From assembly GCA_020341815.1 (NCBI GenBank), contig CP070837.1, positions 692,211 to 756,210 of the forward strand: DNA of 64,000 bases. The letters are read 5' to 3'. Source of the DNA: Candidatus Omnitrophota bacterium. Its GTDB lineage: Bacteria > Omnitrophota > Gorgyraeia > JAFGHF01. Below, piece after piece: positions 29,337 through 37,471 of the stretch. The stretch's first letter is position 1, and each line of letters begins with the position of its first letter. The notes under the pieces are model-generated. The model was not told where the DNA came from and made no database searches. It saw only the letters and a program-made list of their open reading frames with translations. Both the position numbers and the translations under genes were made by a program.

Positions 29337-30542
29337 TTAGCTTAGCGGCCTTTCTTTTAAGGGCCGGAAGCGGTATCCCGATTCAGCCCCAGGCAAAGGA
29401 GCCACAGGCTCGGTTAAGAGAAATTTGCCATCCGCAATCCACTCCTTAAGAATGCCGGCAATCTCTCGAGCCTTGGAGTAGCTGGAGAGACTTCCGGTGG
29501 GAACCTCTTTATTCTGCACCGATATCTTTCCGCTTTTAAGCTGGGCATAATTGACTTCCCCTAAACTCCCCGTCTCTCTTTGAGGATAGGCCCGACCATA
29601 GTCAATTATCTGGGTATAGATTTCTTCATCGCGCACCGCAGTATATTTACATATCTCTTCATTAAGAATAGGGATAGGCACGCCAATGCCTACTGTCAGG
29701 GTAACGCCATACCCATACATCGTGGTTCCCACAAGCCACTTGGGGCTCATCTTCTTCAGGTCGCCGATGACCGCAAGAGTACCCGCTGCCTGAGAGGGCG
29801 TGCCGTTTTCATGGCGCTTAACCCCGGGGTTATGCTGGGTACCCTGCCAGGCTACAAAGCCAACCCCTCCCCCTAAGAATATCTTTGTGCCGATACCGAT
29901 AGTTTTATAATAGGGGTCGTTCATAAGCGGTGAAAGACACCCGGCACTACAATAATTGGCATTGCCCAGATGAGGCTTGAGCACTCCCATATAGGTATAG
30001 ATAATACGCTCACTCAGATTAACGGCTACGCTATAGTTCTGATAGCAATTGCGCAGATTAAAAAGCACGGCTTCGTTCAAATCCTTGATATTAATCAGGG
30101 TCTCCAGTTCCCTGCGGGGATAGCAATCCGTACCGTAAGCCGAGGCCTTCAGCACTATGTCTTTGCCCCCTACCAGCTCTTCGATTACATAGGCTCCCCC
30201 GTATTTGAAACTGCCGGGATAGACCTTGTTGCGCGGGTCTTCATCAGGCAAAGCAGCGGCCCCCAGATAAATATCTAAGGCTGCAAAACCGGTATAGACA
30301 GGCACATCGTTAAGATAGGCCCTGCCTCCTCCCAATTTTATTCTGGGCTTGGAGTGGCCGATATTCAAATATGCTCCCGAAGAACACATCGGCCCAAAGG
30401 TGCCGCAGGTGACCACATCCACTTCTTTGGCCGTCTCTCTCAGGCCCTTTTCATCTATGAGGTCCGTAATCTCCTCGGCAGTAACTACAACTGCCTTTCC
30501 CTTCTTTATCTTCTCGTTAATTTCTTGTATCGTCTTAGCCAT
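29337..30542 (-). CDS. Conserved protein, possibly DUF39/COG1900 (sulfur-incorporating homocysteine biosynthesis) family; function uncertain
   Basis: 401 aa, Gly-rich, with no classical motif recognised. The family assignment is from overall similarity as remembered, not verified. Confidence 0.35.
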   Translation of the reverse strand: MAKTIQEINEKIKKGKAVVVTAEEITDLIDEKGLRETAKEVDVVTCGTFGPMCSSGAYLNIGHSKPRIKLGGGRAYLNDVPVYTGFAALDIYLGAAALPDEDPRNKVYPGSFKYGGAYVIEELVGGKDIVLKASAYGTDCYPRRELETLINIKDLNEAVLFNLRNCYQNYSVAVNLSERIIYTYMGVLKPHLGNANYCSAGCLSPLMNDPYYKTIGIGTKIFLGGGVGFVAWQGTQHNPGVKRHENGTPSQAAGTLAVIGDLKKMSPKWLVGTTMYGYGVTLTVGIGVPIPILNEEICKYTAVRDEEIYTQIIDYGRAYPQRETGSLGEVNYAQLKSGKISVQNKEVPTGSLSSYSKAREIAGILKEWIADGKFLLTEPVAPLPGAESGYRFRPLKERPLS

Positions 30543-30587
30543 TTTTTATCTCTTTTTGCTCCCCTATTCTTCGCTTTCGAATTCTTT

Positions 30588-30884
30588 TTAATTAGGCAAA
30601 GGCCGTTTTAACATCTGTTCCAAGAGGGCGGGATTTTTCACTATAGTGAATAGCATTACACCGGCAATAATAGCATAAATTATACCAAGGACTATGCCGG
30701 CAGCAGCCAGCCCCTCTCCCCTGCAATTACTATCGGGCGCAGCAATCCTTTTAAGAGAAAGGATTCCGAAAACAACTGCTGCGATTGCCTTCTCAATCCC
30801 TGCCAGCTGAATAAAAGATATAATTCCAAAAACCAGGGCGGCTATCGCGAACTCATTCATGCGAGCTTTATTGATTTGCTGCAT
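30588..30884 (-). CDS. Small membrane protein (DUF4190-like)
   Basis: 98 aa with two hydrophobic helices of the GxxxG type. Confidence 0.4.
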   Translation of the reverse strand: MQQINKARMNEFAIAALVFGIISFIQLAGIEKAIAAVVFGILSLKRIAAPDSNCRGEGLAAAGIVLGIIYAIIAGVMLFTIVKNPALLEQMLKRPLPN

Positions 30885-31389
30885 CTTCTCCTCCGGATAA
30901 TTGTTCTTTTCTCCTCAACAGTTGCCGGGCATACCTGGAAGTAAGCCCTCCCATTTTTCCCCGGGCTTCCTCTATCTTTTTCTCAACTTCCTTAAGCGTC
31001 AGGCAATTAATCTTTTTCTTCTTTGGCGGCGCCTCTTGCTTGGGCTTAGCCGCTTCTTCCGCAACAGCTTTTTCCTCTGTTTTGGCTTCCTTGCCTTCGG
31101 GTGGCTTCTCCTCTTTTTTCTCTTCTTTTGCTTCTTTCTTGGCTTCGGCTTTCTCTTCCTTCTTTTCCTGGGGCTCTTTCTTGGCCTCGGCCTTTTCCTG
31201 GCTTTTCTCTTCTTTTTTCGGTTCCTTCTTTTCTTGGGGTTCCTTCTTGGCCTCGGCAGCGGGCTTCTGGTGATGAGTCTTCGGTTTTGCTTCCTCAGCG
31301 CTAGGTGCCTTCTTTTCTTTCTTCTCTTCGTGTTCTTTCTTATCGGGCTTCTGGTGCTTATCCTCTGCCTTTTTCTTCTCTTCAGCCAT
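30868..31389 (-). CDS. Lys/Glu-rich low-complexity protein with conserved C-terminal segment
   Basis: 173 aa. Repeated KKEPQEKKEEKAEAKKE units, then ..LTLKEVEKKIEEARGKMGGLTSRYARQLLRRKEQL. Confidence 0.45.
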   Translation of the reverse strand: MAEEKKKAEDKHQKPDKKEHEEKKEKKAPSAEEAKPKTHHQKPAAEAKKEPQEKKEPKKEEKSQEKAEAKKEPQEKKEEKAEAKKEAKEEKKEEKPPEGKEAKTEEKAVAEEAAKPKQEAPPKKKKINCLTLKEVEKKIEEARGKMGGLTSRYARQLLRRKEQLSGGEDAANQ

Positions 31390-31587
31390 CTAAATGTCTC
31401 CTCTTCCTAATTCATGAAGGTTTAGCTTTTTTCTGCAATTCGGGCAGATAAAAGTGTTACTTTCCGGTGCAAGCGAACCCTCCACTTCCTCAACGCTTAA
31501 GGTCTCACCGCAATATGGACATCGGCATAAACGAAGGGGTCGTGAAAAATCTAAGGGTTCCTCTTGATAATCCGGACTATCGGGCAT
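31390..31587 (-). CDS. Small zinc-ribbon protein
   Basis: 65 aa. CRCPYCGE ... CPNCRKK is a pair of CxxC motifs. Confidence 0.4.
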   Translation of the reverse strand: MPDSPDYQEEPLDFSRPLRLCRCPYCGETLSVEEVEGSLAPESNTFICPNCRKKLNLHELGRGDI

Positions 31588-32218
31588 GTTTATTTATTAT
31601 TTTCAAAGCCTGCTCTGGAGTCTCTACTACATTAAATATATCTAAATCTCTTGGGCTAATCATCTTTTCCCTAAGCACCTTGCCTTTGAACCAATGCAAA
31701 AGATCCTGCCAATATTCCCTGTTAAACAGGATTACCGGACGCGCCTCCATTCGGCTGGTCTGAATAAGGGTAATGGCCTCAAAAAACTCATCCATCGTTC
31801 CGTAGCCACCGGGAAAGATAAGATAGGCCTGGCTGTATTTAGCAAACATTACGCGGCGGCAGAAGAAATACCTGAACTCCAAAAGACGAGTGAGATATTC
31901 ATTGGGCTTTTGCTGGATGGGCGTAAGAATATTCAAGCCCACCGATTCGGCCCCGGCTTCCTTGGCGCCTTTATTTGCCGCTTCCATTATCCCCGGGCCG
32001 GCTCCGGTTATAATTGCAAAACCTGCCTTAGCGAAGACTTTGGCTGATTTCTGCGCCAATTTATAGTAGGTGCTGCCGGGCTTAACGCGGGAGGAACCAA
32101 AAACGGAAACTGCTTTGCGAATATCGGAGAGTTCCTCAAAGCCTTCCACAAACTCACTCATAATCCTGAAGATGCGCCAGGGGTCCTCTTTGACAAAATT
32201 ATGCTTTAGCTTGGACAT
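31577..32218 (-). CDS. LOG-family protein (cytokinin riboside 5'-monophosphate phosphoribohydrolase-like, YvdD/TIGR00730)
   Basis: ..VFGSSR.. and GAGPGIMEAANKGA.. motifs within a Rossmann fold. Confidence 0.8.
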   Translation of the reverse strand: MSKLKHNFVKEDPWRIFRIMSEFVEGFEELSDIRKAVSVFGSSRVKPGSTYYKLAQKSAKVFAKAGFAIITGAGPGIMEAANKGAKEAGAESVGLNILTPIQQKPNEYLTRLLEFRYFFCRRVMFAKYSQAYLIFPGGYGTMDEFFEAITLIQTSRMEARPVILFNREYWQDLLHWFKGKVLREKMISPRDLDIFNVVETPEQALKIINKHAR

Positions 32219-33509
32219 GCCTTTTCTCCTTCAAAAAATTATCTCTTACCCATTTCTTGGCTTGAGCCTTACTTTTAAGCTTTCCCTCCAGCTGCATATC
32301 TATCATTTCTCTATGGATTTTACCAAAAATCGGGCCAGGAGTAAAGCCTATTTTTATTAATTCGTAACCGCTCAAAAGCGGCCTGGGGATTGCCGGCTCT
32401 TTTTTGACTTCTTTGTATTTGCTTCTTAAGAAGCGCCATATTGTCAAATCTTTGTGGCTGGCAATACAATCAATGCGGTGAAGTGCAAGCTCCTCCTCAA
32501 AAGTAGGCCGGGCAAAAAGCCTTTTGAGGGTGGCTTCACGCATCTTTGGCGCCTCCATTATACGCATATGGTTTTCCACGCAGGCGACAATATCTTCCCT
32601 GTCTCTATTGGAAAACCTTAGTCTCTTCAGTATCCTATCCGACATCTCCGCACCCAGCTTATCATGCCCGCTAAATCTGATGCGTTCGGCCACCTCAAAA
32701 GTCGCAGGCTTTCCGATATCATGCAGAAGGCAGGCAAAGACCAACACCAAAGAGGGGCTCTTTAGCTTTTTCAGCATCAATAAGGTATGGGCAAATACAT
32801 CTCCTTCGGGATGAAAGGCGCGGGGCTGCTCCACCCCTTTGAGCTTATCTACTTCAGGCAGGATATATCTTAAAAGCCCGGTCTCATCAAGCAGTTTTAA
32901 TCCTAAAGAAGGCCTCTTGCCTGTAAATATCAGAACCAATTCATCGCGAATTCGCTCAAGGCTTGCCTTCTTTATTTCCGCGGCCATTTTCCCGATAGCC
33001 TGCAAGGTTTTATCTTCAATGCTAAAGCCAAGGGTAACGGCAAATCTGACTGCCCGAACAAGCCTTAAAGGGTCCTCTTTAAATCTCGAAGAGGCCTCAC
33101 CTATACAACGGATTTTCTTCCTGCGGATATCACTTCTGCCCCCCACCAAATCAATAATCTTCTTAGCAATAGGCTCATAAGCTAAGCCATTGATAGTAAA
33201 ATCTCTCATTTTTACATCTTCGCTGATGCTTAAGAGGGCTTTTCTTCTCTTGCTTCTAAAAGTGGAAACCTGAAAAGGCATATCATTCCTTATAACTAAT
33301 AATGTGCCAAACTGCGCACCCACGCTATGGGTCTGGCCGGGGAAAATCTTTCTTATCTGGGAAACCTTGGCGCTGGTGGCAATATCAAAGTCCTTGGGCG
33401 CCTTGCGCATTACCATATCCCTTACGCAGCCGCCCACAAAGTAGGCAGAAAAACCCTTACTGCGCAATTTTCTGACAATCCCGGAAGCTAATTGCCTCTT
33501 TTTTACCAT
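32199..33509 (-). CDS. cca: CCA-adding tRNA nucleotidyltransferase with HD domain
   Basis: 436 aa. Pol-beta NTase head FVGGCVRDMVM..DFDIAT, and an HD domain LLHDIGKP. Confidence 0.8.
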   Translation of the reverse strand: MVKKRQLASGIVRKLRSKGFSAYFVGGCVRDMVMRKAPKDFDIATSAKVSQIRKIFPGQTHSVGAQFGTLLVIRNDMPFQVSTFRSKRRKALLSISEDVKMRDFTINGLAYEPIAKKIIDLVGGRSDIRRKKIRCIGEASSRFKEDPLRLVRAVRFAVTLGFSIEDKTLQAIGKMAAEIKKASLERIRDELVLIFTGKRPSLGLKLLDETGLLRYILPEVDKLKGVEQPRAFHPEGDVFAHTLLMLKKLKSPSLVLVFACLLHDIGKPATFEVAERIRFSGHDKLGAEMSDRILKRLRFSNRDREDIVACVENHMRIMEAPKMREATLKRLFARPTFEEELALHRIDCIASHKDLTIWRFLRSKYKEVKKEPAIPRPLLSGYELIKIGFTPGPIFGKIHREMIDMQLEGKLKSKAQAKKWVRDNFLKEKRHVQAKA

Positions 33510-33518
33510 ATCCTAATC

Positions 33519-35363
33519 CTATACCTGAAAGCTTACTCTGACCAGTCCCCTGACGGAGTTGCTTAAATAAATCTCATCGGCATCTATGAGGTCTTTTTCG
33601 AAAAGGATTTTTTCTTCAACCGCCGGCTTATCCTTGCAAAGATATCTTCTATATACCCCATCCAGAAGTCCGCAGGCCACAGGAGGCGTATAAAACCTGC
33701 CCCTTTTTTTGACAAAAATATTGGAGATAGCTCCTTCGGTAATCTCATTCCTCTCGTTACTAAAGATGACATCGTAGAAGCCTCTATCCTTAGCTCTTTT
33801 ATATTCCTGCTCATATATTTTGCGGTTAGTGGTCTTATGATATAAAAAAGGATTATCCGAACAAATCATTTTTCCGCAAAGGAAAATCTTTGCATCTTCT
33901 TTAGCAGCCGATTTCAATAAAGAGCTTTCCAGTTCGATTTTTGCGTCTTTATGCAACAGGAGGCGCGCTTTATACTTATTGCGCCCAAACCTATTTTGCA
34001 GTTTCCCCAATGCTTTCAATACATCATCTTTTCTGTAAAGAAAATTAAAATATTTCGCTGATTTTTCCAGCCTCTTTAGATGCTCATTCAAGAGGAAATA
34101 TCCCTTATCCGGCTGCCAGAGCATAGTTTCAATCAATTGAAACTCTTTTTGCCTCTTAACCAAAAAATCCGCCTTCAGGCGGCATTCGGCGTATTCGCCT
34201 CTTGGGTCGGAGTCATAGACAATGCCGCCTCCTACGCCCAGCTCTCCGGTCTTTCTGCGGCTATCTATCAAAAGAGTGCGGATGGCCACATTAAACGCCC
34301 CGCACTTATCGGGCGAGAAAAAACCGATGCTTCCGGTATATATATTGCGCGGCTCTTTCTCTAATTTTCCGATTAGCTCCATAGTTTTTATCTTAGGCGC
34401 CCCTGTTACCGAACCGGAAGGAAAAATATGCCTGAATATATCAAAGGCCGATTTCTCCTTCAAGCGACCTTCCACAGTTGAGGTCATCTGAAAAAGCGTC
34501 TGGTACTTTTCTATATTAAACAGACGCGGAACTCTTACGCTGCCGACTTTTGAGATTCTGCCTAAATCATTGCGCAGTAAATCCACAATCATTAAATTTT
34601 CGCTTCTGTTTTTAGGGCAATTCTTGAGAGTTACGGCAATTCCGGCGTCTTCTTCCGGGGTCTTGCCTCTTTGGGCCGTGCCTTTCATCGGCCGGGTATA
34701 GATTCTATTTCCCTTTTTTCTGAAAAATAATTCCGGCGAAAAGGAAAGGATATGGAAAGCATCCCCTCCTTTTTTATAAGGGACATTAGCCTTAATAAGA
34801 GCCGAATAGGGGACACTCTGGTTATCTCTCAAATTAAAATATAGACCTAAAGGTGAACCGGAGAAAGAAAACTTAAGCTTAAAGGTATAATTTACCTGAT
34901 AGGTGAGTCCCTGGGCGATTAAATCTTTTATCTTTGTTATTGCCTTAAGGTAAGACTTTTCAGAGATATTTGGGGCAATTTCTTTAATCTGAGCGGGCGA
35001 CTTCCAGGAACCTCTGGCAATATCCTTTTTTCGATGATTGTAAATCAACGGTCGCTTATAGAGGCCGAACCACAAAAGCGGAAAATTAAAACTTTCTTTA
35101 ATTTTTAGCTTCTCTTCAAAGGCACCTTGCGCCTCATAAGAAAGAAAGCCCGCAACGTAATAACCGTCCTTCAGGGCTTTATCCAGCTGGGCGAGTGAGG
35201 CCTCTACCTCATTTATTTTAAAAGCGGAAATTATCCTCTTAGGCCGCAAAAATAGATAGCTTAAATAATTCTGTGCATCGGGCCTGGCAGTCTCCAGAAA
35301 AACAAAGTTCTCTTCGTGTTCTAAGCGCTTTAAAATAGCGGCAATAGTAGGATTTTTTTTCAT
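33519..35363 (-). CDS. pabBC: Bifunctional aminodeoxychorismate synthase component I / aminodeoxychorismate lyase (PabB-PabC fusion)
   Basis: 614 aa. Chorismate-binding domain (..PSGSVTGAPK..) fused to a class-IV aminotransferase-fold C-terminus (..EITEGAISNIF..). Confidence 0.75.
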   Translation of the reverse strand: MKKNPTIAAILKRLEHEENFVFLETARPDAQNYLSYLFLRPKRIISAFKINEVEASLAQLDKALKDGYYVAGFLSYEAQGAFEEKLKIKESFNFPLLWFGLYKRPLIYNHRKKDIARGSWKSPAQIKEIAPNISEKSYLKAITKIKDLIAQGLTYQVNYTFKLKFSFSGSPLGLYFNLRDNQSVPYSALIKANVPYKKGGDAFHILSFSPELFFRKKGNRIYTRPMKGTAQRGKTPEEDAGIAVTLKNCPKNRSENLMIVDLLRNDLGRISKVGSVRVPRLFNIEKYQTLFQMTSTVEGRLKEKSAFDIFRHIFPSGSVTGAPKIKTMELIGKLEKEPRNIYTGSIGFFSPDKCGAFNVAIRTLLIDSRRKTGELGVGGGIVYDSDPRGEYAECRLKADFLVKRQKEFQLIETMLWQPDKGYFLLNEHLKRLEKSAKYFNFLYRKDDVLKALGKLQNRFGRNKYKARLLLHKDAKIELESSLLKSAAKEDAKIFLCGKMICSDNPFLYHKTTNRKIYEQEYKRAKDRGFYDVIFSNERNEITEGAISNIFVKKRGRFYTPPVACGLLDGVYRRYLCKDKPAVEEKILFEKDLIDADEIYLSNSVRGLVRVSFQV

Positions 35364-35368
35364 CTTGA

Positions 35369-36427
35369 TTAGCCGCTATCGGCCACAAATTTAAGCAGGG
35401 ACTTCATTAAATCGAAGCCCTTTTCATAGCCGGGAAAGGCATTTCCCTCCAAAACATAGGCAGTTTTTAAACCTTCGGAAAATATAATATCTATGCCGGC
35501 GAAATCTAATCCGAGTGCGCGGGCGGTCTTTTTTGCTAATTTTTTCAATTGCGCTTTTTTCCCTTTAGCCAGACCTCTTAAAATTATCCCTTTCTTATCG
35601 ATCCTGCCGCCTTGCGACCAGTTTGTAACCCAGACATCGGCCGGAGAAGACTTGGCATACATATAGACCACCCTGCCGAACATAACATATACCCTGAAGT
35701 CAAACCTTCTCGCCTCGAAAGTAGCCGGCGTTATTGCCTCCTCGCAGAGAAAGCCCCTTTTAAGAAGTTCATGGATAAATCTGCGCTTATCCTTAACCCT
35801 GCCAAATCGCCAATCGCAATCATAGGGTCTGCTGAGGATTTTTCCTCTGCGAAATGCGAAATTGGAGATTACGCCTTCTTTATCTATATAAGTGATGCCT
35901 TTTCCTAAGGCCCCAAATCTGGGTTTGATATACAGGCCCATACCTTTATTCAGCATTCTCTGAATATCGATAAACGAAAAAACCTTAAATGTCCGGGGTG
36001 AAAGAATTGCGTTTTTCTCTAATAAAGCTTTACTTGCCTTTTTGTCTCTATCCAGGCAGATTGCTCCTGGCGAATTTAAATATTCTATCTGCCTGCCTTT
36101 GTAGTATTTGGCTATTGTTTTCTCTATCTTTCTGAAAAAACTCTTGAATTCCCGGCCAAATTTTTTATCGCCGTAGATTCTTTCATCGGGATAAATTTCG
36201 ATATTGCGATTCCAGTATTTATAGGGGAAGAAAAAGACGACTAATATTCTGGGGCTCTTTATCGGGGGAATCTTTTTCGAAAGAAGCTGGGAGTAGTTTA
36301 TTACGGCGAGCTCAAGCTTTTTTTCGCCTTTTAATTTCCGGGCGTATCTTACAAACTTTGCAAAAGAGCGCTCAGGTCTCTTTCCCTTTATATATTTATC
36401 GCCGATAACAAGTAAGGCCTTTTTCAT
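35369..36427 (-). CDS. ATP-grasp fold protein (RimK/YheC-YheD-like ligase)
   Basis: 352 aa. ..KPRFGALGKGI.., ..FDFRVYV.., ..NWSQGG.., ..GIDII..EGNAFPG are ATP-grasp motifs. Confidence 0.6.
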   Translation of the reverse strand: MKKALLVIGDKYIKGKRPERSFAKFVRYARKLKGEKKLELAVINYSQLLSKKIPPIKSPRILVVFFFPYKYWNRNIEIYPDERIYGDKKFGREFKSFFRKIEKTIAKYYKGRQIEYLNSPGAICLDRDKKASKALLEKNAILSPRTFKVFSFIDIQRMLNKGMGLYIKPRFGALGKGITYIDKEGVISNFAFRRGKILSRPYDCDWRFGRVKDKRRFIHELLKRGFLCEEAITPATFEARRFDFRVYVMFGRVVYMYAKSSPADVWVTNWSQGGRIDKKGIILRGLAKGKKAQLKKLAKKTARALGLDFAGIDIIFSEGLKTAYVLEGNAFPGYEKGFDLMKSLLKFVADSG

Positions 36428-37362
36428 CGGGGGCTAATTAGCGCTTTGTTTAAATAAGGAGGCAGCCTATCCAAAGAGGCCGAGGCCAGCTTCAAAAGAA
36501 TAGGCAAAACCTGACGGCTGTATCGCGCAGCACTGGATATAGGCGCCAGTCCCGGATAGCCGAATATGCTGATATGGGTAATGCCGTCAACCTCATAAGT
36601 AGGCTTATCTATTAAAGTAGGATGGCAGCTCTCTATGGGGCTGGGATAATCCACGGAAAGGTCAAGAATTATCGCTCCCTTATTCAATAAACAAAGCATA
36701 TCCCTGGTAATCAGGTATTCTTTATTTTCCCGTTTTGCCTGCGGCCAGCAAATAGCGTTTACCACTATATCCTTCCTTCTTAAAAAATGCCTGATGTACC
36801 TGTATTCGGACTTGCGCAGGATCTTAAGCCTGGCCCCCAGATTAAAAGCTACTTTTAAGCTGCCGGTGGCCACCGAACCATATCCCAACATCAAAACACT
36901 GCAGTCAACGGGACTCCTTTTGGCCAGATTGAAAGCCATAAGCATTCCCTGCTCTCCGGCTATGTCGCAACAGCTGATTAAGCGTTCCCCGGCCCTGTTT
37001 CTAATCAGCTCCATGGCCACGGCCTTGGCACCCGCCTTCTTTAACAGCCGCACATATTGAGGGTATTGCTCGGCATGCAGCATACAAAACAAAAGATTAT
37101 TACGCAGAAGCTTAAACTCCTCCGGCAGCGGAGGTTTCAATTTTACCACAATGGCTTTTCTAAACAATTCTTTCCTGCTGGCAATAAGCTTCGCCCCGCA
37201 GCTTTTATATTCGCTATCGGGAATATATATTCTTGCCCCCAGGCCTTTTTCCACAAAGACATCATGCCCCTGTTCAATCAGTCTTTTTACCTCACGCGGT
37301 AAAAGTATGGCTCTTGTCTCCCTGCCCCGGGCAGCAATCTCTTTAACTATCGCTATTTCCAT
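36424..37362 (-). CDS. AlaDH/PNT-family NAD(P)-dependent dehydrogenase (alanine dehydrogenase / carboxyethyl-ornithine synthase-like)
   Basis: It starts MEIAIVKEIAARGRETRAILLP..GHDVFVEKGLG, the AlaDH/PNT N-domain, with Rossmann LGYGSVATGS. The start is trimmed to MEIAI (cat at 37360-37362), which has a strong AGGAGG RBS. Confidence 0.6.
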   Translation of the reverse strand: MEIAIVKEIAARGRETRAILLPREVKRLIEQGHDVFVEKGLGARIYIPDSEYKSCGAKLIASRKELFRKAIVVKLKPPLPEEFKLLRNNLLFCMLHAEQYPQYVRLLKKAGAKAVAMELIRNRAGERLISCCDIAGEQGMLMAFNLAKRSPVDCSVLMLGYGSVATGSLKVAFNLGARLKILRKSEYRYIRHFLRRKDIVVNAICWPQAKRENKEYLITRDMLCLLNKGAIILDLSVDYPSPIESCHPTLIDKPTYEVDGITHISIFGYPGLAPISSAARYSRQVLPILLKLASASLDRLPPYLNKALISPR

Positions 37363-37471
37363 AGAAAATCCTCCTTGTCTTACTATTATATACATAATTG
37401 GCGAAAATCCAAGCAAAAACTTAAAAACTAATGGGGTTTACATTTTAATCAAACTGGCTTATAATAACGCT

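Noticed and set aside
30901-31410. 169-aa plus-strand ORF and nested ORFs 31040-31304
   Set aside because: They are antisense to the Lys/Glu-rich gene. The Leu/Phe-rich translation is the mirror image of KE codons.
37151-37471. 107-codon N-terminal extension of the helicase ORF
   Set aside because: It overlaps the AlaDH/PNT gene on the opposite strand and precedes motif I by an implausible hydrophobic stretch. The Met at 37472 gives a normal Ski2-like N-terminus.
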